DNA of 64,000 nucleotides from a virus (Duplodnaviria; Caudoviricetes): IMG/VR virus record IMGVR_UViG_3300024269_004845; one strand, 5' to 3'. Shown piece by piece: positions 20,353 to 30,085 of this stretch (position 1 is its first letter; each line of letters starts with the position of its first letter). The notes under the pieces were generated by a model. It saw only the letters and a program-made list of their open reading frames with translations, ran no database searches and was not told where the DNA came from. The position numbers and the translations under genes were made by a program.

Positions 20353-21447
20353 TTATTTTCCCTCCTTTAATAAGCTTGTGGGAACATTTATATTGAAAAT
20401 CAAAGATGTTTCGCCATCAATAATTTCACCAATATCAGAATTCCCATACTTGTATTGACAAGATACACAGTTTAATGCATAAAAGTTTATTTTTTTGTCT
20501 TCGAAAATTCTCTCTGCCAACAATTCGCCTGATGCGTTTTCGTTCAACACATATTCTGAATCATAATGATTGTTTAAAAATGTATAAACTCTATCAATAT
20601 AATTGGAATCCTTGATGTCTAAAATTGTATCATATTCTGATAGTTGGACTGTTTTATCTGTAAATACAAGCATAAATCCAGGGTTATATAATTGATATAT
20701 CTCTAAATTGTCGGTTGCAAAAATTGGTGTCTCATAAGAATCTTTAGATTTTATCAATTCTATAATTTGTTCTGCATTAACAGTCGATAAATATCTTTTT
20801 TCTCCAACTTCCCATTGTAATACGATTTCGTTTAAATCGTTGTTGGTAAGATATGAAAATCTTAAATTGTTTTCAATATCAAAAAATGTTTGCGTAGAAT
20901 TTAAAGTAGATTGATTAAAATTATTTTCCTCAACTAAATCAAATTCTAAAACTTGATTTAGTTCCAATTTTTCATTAACAAAAAATAATTTTTTATTTTC
21001 TATATCTCCGTAAATTGTCAGGTCTTCATACTTTAATATTTCTTCAGCATAATTTTTTATATCAAATACATTTTGAGACTGTATATTTGTTTGGGTTATA
21101 TAATTAATTCCAGTTGCAAAAAAATTCATAGAAAATGCTATTCCTAAAATCATCAATAGTAATTTGGTAGGAATCCAAATAGAAGATTTTGTTGTATTGT
21201 GGTTTTTCTTAGATATAAAGAAAATAACTACAAAATATAAAATAAATAATGCAGTTGCTATGAAGTCTGTGTATTTATAATTATTTAAATATAACCCGAA
21301 ATATAAAAAAACAGACATCAAAAGGAAATAAATAGTTCCTGTTATATAAGAAGGAGTTGTTTTAGCTGTTGGGGTTTCAACAGAAACAACATTTTTTACT
21401 TCTTGAACATTTGGGTTTTGTTTGTTTTTATGATTCTTTTTACTCAT
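20353..21447 (-). CDS. Membrane protein (3 N-terminal TM + extracellular domain)
   Basis: TM pattern; IKNYAEEILKYEDLTIYGDIENKK segment. Confidence 0.7.
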   Translation of the reverse strand: MSKKNHKNKQNPNVQEVKNVVSVETPTAKTTPSYITGTIYFLLMSVFLYFGLYLNNYKYTDFIATALFILYFVVIFFISKKNHNTTKSSIWIPTKLLLMILGIAFSMNFFATGINYITQTNIQSQNVFDIKNYAEEILKYEDLTIYGDIENKKLFFVNEKLELNQVLEFDLVEENNFNQSTLNSTQTFFDIENNLRFSYLTNNDLNEIVLQWEVGEKRYLSTVNAEQIIELIKSKDSYETPIFATDNLEIYQLYNPGFMLVFTDKTVQLSEYDTILDIKDSNYIDRVYTFLNNHYDSEYVLNENASGELLAERIFEDKKINFYALNCVSCQYKYGNSDIGEIIDGETSLIFNINVPTSLLKEGK

Positions 21448-21639
21448 GTCCCGAAACTCCTTTCGAATACTTGTTTATATTATAGCACAAAAGAATCGTT
21501 AATACTATACTTTTGAGGTTTTAGCTTCTAAGCTTGGTAAGATGGGTGTTTGAGTCGTTAAGGCATGGTATAAGAATTTTTAAATACGTGGCAGAACTAA
21601 AATGTTAAAAGACAAATTTAAAAAGGAGGTTATTCCGAC

Positions 21640-22491
21640 TTGAGTAATAAGATAAAAATAAAAACAGGTATTTTTATGGATTATGATAACTTGTTTTTTT
21701 CTTTAAGAGAAACATTTGGAGTTGCTCCTACTGAAAAAATTTTAGGAGAATCTTTAATAGATAATATATTAGATACATTTAAACAAGACCATATAGTTGT
21801 TTGCAACGCATATGCAGATTTTCAGGTCATTACTAACTTGGCAAGAGAAACCAACACTATGTATGAATTGCAATCAAGAAGGATTAATATCAGACATGTT
21901 TTTGGGAGTCTTTCAAAAAATGAAAACAGAAAAAATGCATCTGACATTGAACTTAGTATAGATGTGATGGAAACATTATTTAAAAATCCCGAGATTCAAA
22001 GATATGTAATTATTTCAGCGGATAGCGATATGATTCCAATTATGAATCGTCTAAGATATGCAGATAAAGAAATCTTTTTATATTACTTGGATGCTTCTTG
22101 TTCTCACAATGGCTCTTTGCTTTCATATGCTGATAAAAATATTGCTATTGAGAGCCTTATGGATTTAACACAATTAGAAATAACCGAAAAGGATATCAAA
22201 GAAAAGTTTTTAGTACCTGTTTTGCAAAAAATTTGCAGGATTGATAAAAATAATAAGGCCAATGGGGGCACAAATTATATTGGTAATGCATGGTTCAAAA
22301 ATCAATTGCAATCCAAAAATTTCCTACAAATAAATGGAGATAACTTTTCTTTTTCTGGTGCTAACGCTGCAATACTACTTGACTTTTTAACTGAAAAGGA
22401 TTATATTGTAAACGTAAACGAAGATAAAATTTCTAAAATAGTTCCTAATTATGAAAATAATTTAGTTAAGAAAATTCTTGGGGAGGATTGA
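21640..22491 (+). CDS. NYN-domain (LabA/PIN-like) ribonuclease
   Basis: FMDYDN, AYADF, KNASDIELSID, ISADSDM acidic motifs. Confidence 0.88.
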   Translation: MSNKIKIKTGIFMDYDNLFFSLRETFGVAPTEKILGESLIDNILDTFKQDHIVVCNAYADFQVITNLARETNTMYELQSRRINIRHVFGSLSKNENRKNASDIELSIDVMETLFKNPEIQRYVIISADSDMIPIMNRLRYADKEIFLYYLDASCSHNGSLLSYADKNIAIESLMDLTQLEITEKDIKEKFLVPVLQKICRIDKNNKANGGTNYIGNAWFKNQLQSKNFLQINGDNFSFSGANAAILLDFLTEKDYIVNVNEDKISKIVPNYENNLVKKILGED

Positions 22492-22754
22492 TTATGGGAT
22501 TCTTTCAGTTTTGTTTGGCTGGTTTTGGAATAATAACTTTGAGGTTATTACTTTTTCCTGTCTGTTTAATACTTTTAATATTGTTGGGTCCATTAAGTTT
22601 GATATTTCAAAAAAAAGATGGTGAACGCATAGATAAGTTTTTGGATTTTTATGATAATTTGTTCCTTTGGGTATTCGGACCACCATTTGGATTTTTCTCT
22701 GCTTCGTTGGTATTTTACATCCTTTTAGTTTATAATTTGATATTTATTTTGTAA
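22488..22754 (+). CDS. Small membrane protein
   Basis: Two hydrophobic segments; RBS GGGGAGG; overlaps the NYN stop codon. Confidence 0.65.
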   Translation: MIMGFFQFCLAGFGIITLRLLLFPVCLILLILLGPLSLIFQKKDGERIDKFLDFYDNLFLWVFGPPFGFFSASLVFYILLVYNLIFIL

Positions 22755-22885
22755 AAACAAGAGCGATTTTTTGTGTTAATACAAAGTATTAATGCTTAAA
22801 ATATAATTGTCAAAAGTAGATTACTAAGTGGCCGACAACACGGAGTAAATACAATTGACAATCTTGTTTGAAAGGGGTGATAGTT

Positions 22886-23383
22886 TTGAAATGGTTATTC
22901 TTTATTTTGGGTGTAATTTCTATATACCTAATTTTAAATTCTTTGGTAAGATTGGCGAATCTAAAAAAGAATATAGTGGAGTCAAAATTAGGAATGGGAA
23001 TTTATTTCAAAAGAAAAGAAAGAATCGTTGAAAAACTTTCAATTTCTTTTAAACAAACTGACCCTAATTTTATAGAGCAAAATATTTTTGAAAGAATGAA
23101 TGAATTTTCCCGTATTTCTGAAGTAGACCGCAAAATAGCAGAAGGGGAAATTCTAACCACGCTTGTTTGCTGTGAGGCAAACAAAAATCTCCATCTAAGG
23201 ATAGATGGAGAAGTTGCAACCCTAATCGACGAACTAAAAAGCGTCGATGAGAAAATTTTGGAATTTAATAAGAAATACAATATGTCTGTAATGGCGTATG
23301 AAATCGCCAGAAAAAAATCACTTTTGTCTTTTTTCTTTAAAAAGCACAAAGAATCAAATGATATTACTGATATAGAAGAATAA
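22886..23383 (+). CDS. LemA-like membrane-anchored helical protein
   Basis: TM followed by NSLVRL.N.....I..YFKRK and KI....KYN.SV..Y pattern of LemA. Confidence 0.65.
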   Translation: MKWLFFILGVISIYLILNSLVRLANLKKNIVESKLGMGIYFKRKERIVEKLSISFKQTDPNFIEQNIFERMNEFSRISEVDRKIAEGEILTTLVCCEANKNLHLRIDGEVATLIDELKSVDEKILEFNKKYNMSVMAYEIARKKSLLSFFFKKHKESNDITDIEE

Positions 23384-23598
23384 AAAAATAAATTAACGCT
23401 GGGGTAGTTAACTACACAGAAAAAGATTGGCTAGGGCGATGGTATATTAAGCTACTTAGCTAGTAGTTTAAATGAAGGTATGAACAAGCATAGCGGAAAT
23501 CTAGTTAATTTGTAGAAGTATTTAATATTGATGTTTTCTCAGAAAATTTTGAGGGTTTTAAAAAGAAGAAATATTTAATTGATTTATGTCCGTAAAGT

Positions 23599-23633
23599 AA
23601 AACACCTATCAGTTGGCCGCTGATAGGTGTTTT
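23599..23633. terminator. Bidirectional terminator
   Basis: aaaacacctatcag-ttggccg-ctgataggtgtttt. Confidence 0.85.
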
Positions 23634-23637
23634 ATTA

Positions 23638-24804
23638 TTATCGTGAAATACCTTTTCTAATATATTTTACTAATTCTTGATTCTGTTCTTTTATTGGTAA
23701 TAAATTTATATTTAGAAGAGATATCAATAGTTCTATGGTTTCAGATATTAAATATTCTAATTCGCATTCTGAAAGAACGCTTTTAAGTATTTGAAAATAC
23801 AGGTCCCACTCGAAGTCTGACTGAATCATGTCAAACAAACATGTTTTGGACACAGAGTATTTATCATTTTCAAATTTTATTTTTTCGTTGCTTACATAAT
23901 CTAATGTTTCTCTTTTTTGTATTTGTTTAAATCTTTCAATTAATAAATAGAAGTGTTCGTTTCGTTCTTCATAAGAAAGCTTCTCATACTCTCTCATTAT
24001 AAATTTGCATGCCAAATCTCTTACATTTTTGATGTTAATTTTTATTCTGATAGCACGCATAATTTTATCATTAAAAGTTTCGGAAATAAGTTGCTTAACT
24101 AATTTTTCATTAAGGGTTAAATTAGATATTAAGCTGCTTGAATTAATAGTGCTTGTATGAGTATTTATTAAATCCAACATATTATCTAGCCCAAATAGGT
24201 TTTGTTTGATAGCTTCTAAAGTATTAACAACATATGTATCGTCTGGCATATAATAGTTGTTTTTATAAACAATACTATGTTCTACTTCCGACCAGAAAAC
24301 TTTGACCATAGATTTTATTTGTAACTCAAATTTATAGGTTTTGTTTTCTGATTTATAGATGCCATCAATTTTGTAAGTAGTCGTGCCGTTTTTTAATAGT
24401 TGCGGTTGTTCTTCTGATATATCAAGGAATATTTTAGGGTTTATGTTGGATTGAGCAAAGACTTCATTGTACTTTGTAAAATCAGAAAAAATAGCTTTAT
24501 ATATTGATTCTTCATTTTTTACAAACTCACATTCTATAAGGATACCAATCACATCTCCAATATAATCTACCATTTCTTCGGGGGATGAAGTAAGTTTGTA
24601 AATTCTTTTTCTTATCAGTTTCTCTTTTAAACTTTGTTCAGTTTTAATTCTATTATTAATTCCGACTATTTTTTGTTGTGTTTTATTCATTGTTAAGTAC
24701 AGAGTCTCAGTTATTTCGTTAGCGATATTGATATAATCAGACTTATTAGCTTTTGCAATTGCAACGGCTTTTTCTACTAACTCAATATATGACTTAGTAA
24801 CTAT
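23638..24804 (-). CDS. Small alarmone synthetase (RelA/SpoT synthetase domain), probable ATA start
   Basis: RIK...SLKEK, DVIG, NG...Y, ELQIKS..W.EVEH...YK motifs. Frame stays open 38 codons upstream of the ATG at 24690, to an ATA 6 nt after RBS GAAAGGGGGT. Confidence 0.8.
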   Translation of the reverse strand: MVTKSYIELVEKAVAIAKANKSDYINIANEITETLYLTMNKTQQKIVGINNRIKTEQSLKEKLIRKRIYKLTSSPEEMVDYIGDVIGILIECEFVKNEESIYKAIFSDFTKYNEVFAQSNINPKIFLDISEEQPQLLKNGTTTYKIDGIYKSENKTYKFELQIKSMVKVFWSEVEHSIVYKNNYYMPDDTYVVNTLEAIKQNLFGLDNMLDLINTHTSTINSSSLISNLTLNEKLVKQLISETFNDKIMRAIRIKINIKNVRDLACKFIMREYEKLSYEERNEHFYLLIERFKQIQKRETLDYVSNEKIKFENDKYSVSKTCLFDMIQSDFEWDLYFQILKSVLSECELEYLISETIELLISLLNINLLPIKEQNQELVKYIRKGISR

Positions 24805-24830
24805 ATTAATACCCCCTTTCTTCTTATTTA

Positions 24831-24859
24831 ATTATATGAACCAAAATAAATTGATATAA
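24831..24859 (-). promoter_or_regulatory. sigmaE (sporulation)-like promoter
   Basis: TTATATC-N14-CATATAAT on the minus strand, just upstream of the RBS. Confidence 0.5.
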
Positions 24860-24943
24860 TATTTATAGTTAGTATTCTTTTTATAATTTTTTATTATAAG
24901 ACATTGTAAAATATACTAATAATAGAGAAGGAGGTTTTCTTTC

Positions 24944-26008
24944 ATGAAAAAAACTTTATCCGCTTTCTTAGCAATTCTAATGATTTTTTCCATGTTTGCG
25001 ACTGCCGCAATTCCATCATTTGCTGCTGAGACTGGGCTTAAAGTAACTAAGATTTCTGGTTCTCTAACCGCACCTGGTACGTCTGAGGTTTATTTGATTA
25101 CAGATGCTGATGGCAATAAGATTGAGAATTTTTCTGCAAAATATACTTTTGAGAAAGATTTGAAGCTTCCATTAAGCTTTTCTGGCCCTAAGAGTACTGA
25201 TGAGGGGACTACCTTCGAAATTAAAGTCTTAGATACTTGCAGTACAGAAGCAATCAAATTGGAAGGTCAGGTTAAAATCGTAAGTCTGGAAGACAAAAGC
25301 AAATCTACAGTTGCGTTTAAAGCTGATGGAACAAAAACAATTAAAAATACTGTTACTAAAGTAAATGGTGATATTTCTATTACTACTAGCAGCGGTAGCA
25401 GACTCTATGATTTTTCTACTAGTTCTGGAAGTATAAATGTTTATTTTGGTGAAGATGCGGCTATTCAGTTACACGGGCTTGAAACTGGTAGCAAATGCTT
25501 AGCATATAACATTGACCCTAATCAGAATTTAAAAACGAAGTATTCTTTAACAAGTAAAGATAGTGCGTTCATTAATTTTATTGGTGAACCAAAATTTGAA
25601 AAGAATATAACTGTTAAGTTTGCTGTTCCTGTAAGCTCTTCCAACGTGAAGGTTTATCAGTTAAAAGAAGGTTCCACAAATGAACTAGAAGAAATTACCG
25701 ATGCAAAGGTAACAACTTCTGGTACTGATGAATTTGTTTATTTCGAAACTGATAGATTGGCAACAACTTATGTTATTACTGCCGCTCCTCTTGATGGCGT
25801 AGCTGCTGCTAAGCCTGTTGAGAAGCAACCAATCATCGATACCGAGACTGAGGAACAACCTGCGGGAACAACTAATCCAGCGACTCCTCCTGTAGATGAC
25901 ACAGAGAAGAGTCCTCAAACTGGTAGTAATGTTCCTGTCTATATTGCCTGCATTTTTGCACTTACTGGAGCATTAGCAGTAATGGTTGTTACTAAAAAAA
26001 GATATTAA
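24944..26008 (+). CDS. Sortase-anchored surface protein
   Basis: Signal peptide; C-terminal SPQTG + TM helix + KKR tail; terminator at 26015-26038. Confidence 0.8.
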   Translation: MKKTLSAFLAILMIFSMFATAAIPSFAAETGLKVTKISGSLTAPGTSEVYLITDADGNKIENFSAKYTFEKDLKLPLSFSGPKSTDEGTTFEIKVLDTCSTEAIKLEGQVKIVSLEDKSKSTVAFKADGTKTIKNTVTKVNGDISITTSSGSRLYDFSTSSGSINVYFGEDAAIQLHGLETGSKCLAYNIDPNQNLKTKYSLTSKDSAFINFIGEPKFEKNITVKFAVPVSSSNVKVYQLKEGSTNELEEITDAKVTTSGTDEFVYFETDRLATTYVITAAPLDGVAAAKPVEKQPIIDTETEEQPAGTTNPATPPVDDTEKSPQTGSNVPVYIACIFALTGALAVMVVTKKRY

Positions 26009-26055
26009 TTAACTGAGCACCTTAAGGTGCTCTTTTTTGTTGTATTGTTTTTGTA

Positions 26056-26084
26056 TTGTCTTTTTCAGAAAATGGATATATAAT
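26056..26084 (+). promoter_or_regulatory. sigmaA promoter
   Basis: TTGTCT-N17-TATAAT. Confidence 0.65.
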
Positions 26085-26115
26085 AAAATTAGAAATATAT
26101 AAAGGAGACGTTGCC

Positions 26116-28095
26116 GTGGATAATAAATATTACAGAGATTGCGAATCTATTAAATCCAAGTATCGAGACGCTCAAAGAGTTTTTAATAAGAAAAAAACCC
26201 TTGATGGATTTCAGTACGTAGAAGATATATCGATGCAAAATTTAAATCGAATTAGAAAGATGTTGAAATCTAAAGTCAAAGGTGAAACTGCTAGATTTTT
26301 ACAAGATTATAGGGTTCGATTTGAAGAATTGTTATATGATTCTAGATATGAATATCTAAACATATTGAATGAAAATTATCATTGTAATATAGAAATTAAT
26401 TCTTATCTCAAAAAACATAGAGATGTCTTAGAAAAAGAACAATTGGTTACGGTGGTTGCCGATGAGGGATTGATTAATAATGTTTTCCAAAACATCATTA
26501 AAGAACTTATTCCTGCTCATCCAAAGGATGAATATAAAGCAGCAAGAACCATTAAAAGACATTTTGTTATTCATTGTGGAGGAACCAATACTGGGAAAAC
26601 GTATAACGCGATACAGGCATTAAAAAATGCTGGGAGTGGAGTTTATTTGGCTCCTCTAAGATTGCTTGCATTAGAAATATTTCAAACCCTTAATCAAGCA
26701 GCCGTGCCTTGTACATTAAGTACAGGAGAAGAAGATATAGTTGTTCCCAATGCAAAACATATTTCATCTACCATTGAAAAATTAAATGCGGATAGAGAAT
26801 ATGATGTAGCCGTTATTGATGAGGCTCAAATGATGTCTGATATTCAAAGAGGAAATGCCTGGACTCGTGCTATATTGGCTGTAAAAGCAAAAGAAGTGCA
26901 TGTCTGTTGTTCTAAAAACGCAAATCCTTTGTTAATAAAATTAATTACTGATTGTGGTGATACTTATGAGGTCCACGAATATCAGAGAAATACTCCTCTA
27001 AATATAGATGAAAGACGATTTATTTTTCCTGATAGTGTAGAAGCTGGAGATGCCTTAGTTGTATTTTCTAAAAAAATGGTTCTTCGAGTAGCAGGTATTT
27101 TAACATCTAAAGGTCATAAAGTCAGTGTTCTTTATGGCAACTTACCTCCTGAAACGAGAAGAAAACAGATGCAATTATTTATTGACAAACAGACAGAAAT
27201 TGTTGTAACTACGGATGTAATTGGTATGGGGTTGAATTTGCCTATTAAAAGGGTTGTTTTCTTAGAGACATCTAAGTATGACGGTCAAGACTATCACACG
27301 GATTGGGATTATAATTCTTCAGATGGGCATTATTTACATAAAAGAACAAATGGACGACGTATTTTATATGATAGTGAAATTAAACAGATTGCTGGGAGAG
27401 CTGGCCGAAAAAATATTTTTGATGAGGGTTTAGTGAATAGTTTCAGAGATAAATCTATAATTAAGCGTGGTTTGAGTAACGAATTAGAGGATTTAACAGA
27501 GGCTTATACTACACCTGCTGACGAATATATTTTGTCTTTCCCTATTGGAACATTAAAAGAAAGATTGGTTGCTTGGTTGCGGTCCGACGATACTTTGTCT
27601 TATATTAAAAAGGCAAATATTGATGAACCTTTGACATTACTTGATATGCTTGAAAATTGGGAATTTGATTTATCTATAGATGAAAAATATCGTTTAATGT
27701 TTATTCCATTTGATAGCAAAAAAGTAGAACTAGTAAATCTTTGGAAATCTTTCATCGTTGAATATGTAGAAGGGAAAGAAATTCATTTTCCTGAAACGCC
27801 TATGGTTGAAACTTTAGATTCTTTAGAAATGTATTATCGGGAATTAGATTTATATTATTCATTCTGCAAAGAAATGCAAAAGAATTGTAATGCAGAAGAA
27901 ACTATGATTGTGAAGGCAGAAACTTCTGAAAAAATACATGCTATTCTGAGAAGTCAGATGAAGAATATGAAAAACAAATGCAAGATTTGTGGGAAAGATT
28001 TGCCTTGGGATTTTCCATTTAATATGTGTGAAGATTGCTATGAAAATAAATTTTATGGTCACAAACCACAATCTAAGAGAAAAAGAAGGAAATAA
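26116..28095 (+). CDS. SUV3-like SF2 helicase with C-terminal zinc finger
   Basis: GGTNTGKT, YLAPLRLLALE, IDEAQM, YGNLPPETR, QIAGRAGR; CKIC..CEDC tail. GTG start after AAGGAG. Confidence 0.92.
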   Translation: MDNKYYRDCESIKSKYRDAQRVFNKKKTLDGFQYVEDISMQNLNRIRKMLKSKVKGETARFLQDYRVRFEELLYDSRYEYLNILNENYHCNIEINSYLKKHRDVLEKEQLVTVVADEGLINNVFQNIIKELIPAHPKDEYKAARTIKRHFVIHCGGTNTGKTYNAIQALKNAGSGVYLAPLRLLALEIFQTLNQAAVPCTLSTGEEDIVVPNAKHISSTIEKLNADREYDVAVIDEAQMMSDIQRGNAWTRAILAVKAKEVHVCCSKNANPLLIKLITDCGDTYEVHEYQRNTPLNIDERRFIFPDSVEAGDALVVFSKKMVLRVAGILTSKGHKVSVLYGNLPPETRRKQMQLFIDKQTEIVVTTDVIGMGLNLPIKRVVFLETSKYDGQDYHTDWDYNSSDGHYLHKRTNGRRILYDSEIKQIAGRAGRKNIFDEGLVNSFRDKSIIKRGLSNELEDLTEAYTTPADEYILSFPIGTLKERLVAWLRSDDTLSYIKKANIDEPLTLLDMLENWEFDLSIDEKYRLMFIPFDSKKVELVNLWKSFIVEYVEGKEIHFPETPMVETLDSLEMYYRELDLYYSFCKEMQKNCNAEETMIVKAETSEKIHAILRSQMKNMKNKCKICGKDLPWDFPFNMCEDCYENKFYGHKPQSKRKRRK

Positions 28096-28100
28096 TAACT

Positions 28101-28130
28101 AAAAAGCGAGGCTTTCTCGGCCTCGCTTTT
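28101..28130 (+). terminator. Intrinsic terminator
   Basis: aaaagcgaggc-tttctcg-gcctcgctttt. Confidence 0.8.
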
Positions 28131-28211
28131 ATTAATTTTTTGAGATTGTTATATTTTTAGTTAATATAATAAATGCATAAAATATATTAGAGAAAAAATT
28201 TTAAATTTCTC

Positions 28212-28240
28212 TTGATTAATTTTATGAAATATGTTATAAT
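28212..28240 (+). promoter_or_regulatory. sigmaA promoter
   Basis: TTGATT-N17(...aaatatgt)-TATAAT. Confidence 0.75.
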
Positions 28241-28271
28241 GTATTTAAATTCTAAGAAGGAGGGCAATAGT

Positions 28272-28985
28272 ATGAAAAATATTAATTTTGAAAAAGATTT
28301 TAATAGTAGTGAAGAACAACAGTATATTAAATCATATATGTTTATTAAGGGTTATGCAATTGCAAAGAACCTTAAGCAGACTTTGATTGCCCTGGCTTTT
28401 GCTCGGAAGTTGCATGATGGACAGTACAGAAAGGATGGTTATCCTTACATTATTCATCCACTAAAAGTTTGTAGCACTCTAATTAATTATGGTGTCGATG
28501 ATGATGCTGTTTTGGCAGCTGCATTGCTTCATGATGTATTAGAGGATTGCCAGGATAAGCTTCCAATGGGTGGTAAAGAATTTATTAGTGAATATCATCT
28601 AAGTTCTGAAGTCTTTGAAATCGTAAAACTATTAACTAAAAAGCACGGTGCATCTCAAGAAGAACTTGCAGTTTATTTTGAGGCTATTAAAGAGAATCCA
28701 AAAGCTTTGTTGGTAAAATTGAGCGATAGGCTTCATAATAGTGGTACCCTTTATACTTTTTCCATTTCAAAGATTCATGAATATACTGCAGAAACTGCAA
28801 ATTTTATTATTCCTATGGCATCTTATGGTAAATGTTATTATCCTGAATATACAAATGTATTTTCTATACTGAAAAGTAACATTTATTCGTTGAACCATAC
28901 TATGGAAATTATGCTTCAGAAATTTGAAGAACATGAATCTGAGCTACAAAAAGAAATCGATAATTTAAAAAATAAAGAAAATTAA
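28272..28985 (+). CDS. Small alarmone hydrolase (RelA/SpoT-type HD domain)
   Basis: HDGQYRKDG.PYIIHP, AALLHDVLED, VKLSDRLHN. Confidence 0.9.
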   Translation: MKNINFEKDFNSSEEQQYIKSYMFIKGYAIAKNLKQTLIALAFARKLHDGQYRKDGYPYIIHPLKVCSTLINYGVDDDAVLAAALLHDVLEDCQDKLPMGGKEFISEYHLSSEVFEIVKLLTKKHGASQEELAVYFEAIKENPKALLVKLSDRLHNSGTLYTFSISKIHEYTAETANFIIPMASYGKCYYPEYTNVFSILKSNIYSLNHTMEIMLQKFEEHESELQKEIDNLKNKEN

Positions 28986-28998
28986 CGGAGGATTTGTT

Positions 28999-30063
28999 AT
29001 GAATTTTTTGGCGAAAAGAGATATGGAACAGTTGAATTTAGAAAATATGGATGATGCTCGTAAAAACGAAATTATGAGTATTAAAAATTCCATTGTTTTA
29101 AGTTATGATACTACTTTGGATTTTGCTAGTAGTGCAAGTAAGAATTTGACAGAATTCTCCAGTGATTTGTTAAAGAGTATGAAAATTAAGGATACTCCTG
29201 AAGTAGAGGGGTTAATTAATGAACTAATGGCTGGCTTAGAAAAAGTAGATGTAACTACACTTACTGAAACTAAGCCTTCCTTCTTTAAGAAACTTTTTAA
29301 AGTTGATGAATTAAAGCAGTTTATCATTCGTTATGAAGATGTTGAAGGAGTAATTGATGTAGTTAAAGAAAAATTGGAAGGCGCTAATTTCCAATTAAAG
29401 AAAGATATTGAGGTTTGTAATCGATATCTTGAGCAGAATCTTGCATACATCAATGAACTTGATAATTACATTATGGCTGGCGGATTAAAGCTTAGGGATG
29501 AACAGGCGGCCTTAAATGCTGATAAAGCTACTATCGACCAATCTGATATGTTGGCGGTTCATAATCTCAATGCTCGCCAGAATGAAATTGACCGTTTTGA
29601 AAGAAAACTTCATAATTTGATGCTTATGCGCAGTATTGCTATTCAAAACATCCCTCAGATTATGTTAATTAAAGATGGAGATGGAGTACTTATTGAGAAA
29701 ATTGAATCTTCTATTAATTCTGCTATTCCTCTTTGGGAATCTCAGATGGTAATTGCTATCCAATTAATGCGTCAAAAAGGTGCTCTTGCCATTCAGCGTA
29801 GTGTAACGAATACCACTAACAATTTAATCGCTAAGAATGGCGAGCTTCTGAAGTCTGGTAGTATTGAGGTAGCTAAGGAATTGGAAGCGGGTATTGTTGA
29901 TGTCGAAGTTCTTAAAAAGAACAGTGAAAATTTAATTGCTACACTAAATGCTATTAAAAGTATTAGGGAAGATGGCAAGCAGGCGCGGTTAGCAGCAACT
30001 AAGGAGCTTGGAATGCTTCAGATGAAATTAAATGAACAGATGTTGCTTGAAAGCGGAAACTAA
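28999..30063 (+). CDS. telA: Toxic anion resistance protein TelA family
   Basis: Helical 354-aa protein with KPSFFKKLF, QNIPQI.LI, IPLW..Q, TNNLI.KN.E.LK, GIVD.E.LK motifs. Confidence 0.88.
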   Translation: MNFLAKRDMEQLNLENMDDARKNEIMSIKNSIVLSYDTTLDFASSASKNLTEFSSDLLKSMKIKDTPEVEGLINELMAGLEKVDVTTLTETKPSFFKKLFKVDELKQFIIRYEDVEGVIDVVKEKLEGANFQLKKDIEVCNRYLEQNLAYINELDNYIMAGGLKLRDEQAALNADKATIDQSDMLAVHNLNARQNEIDRFERKLHNLMLMRSIAIQNIPQIMLIKDGDGVLIEKIESSINSAIPLWESQMVIAIQLMRQKGALAIQRSVTNTTNNLIAKNGELLKSGSIEVAKELEAGIVDVEVLKKNSENLIATLNAIKSIREDGKQARLAATKELGMLQMKLNEQMLLESGN

Positions 30064-30085
30064 ATTTAGAAAGGAGTAGAGTATT

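Noticed and set aside
22820-22850. c-di-GMP-I riboswitch suggested by a CTAAG...CACGG receptor-like motif
   Set aside because: No GGCAAAC/GNRA/GCAAAG core upstream.
23434-23500. Fluoride riboswitch suggested by GGCGATGGT
   Set aside because: It lacks the complementary TCGCC stem and the downstream GATGAC pseudoknot partner, and it is not upstream of a gene.
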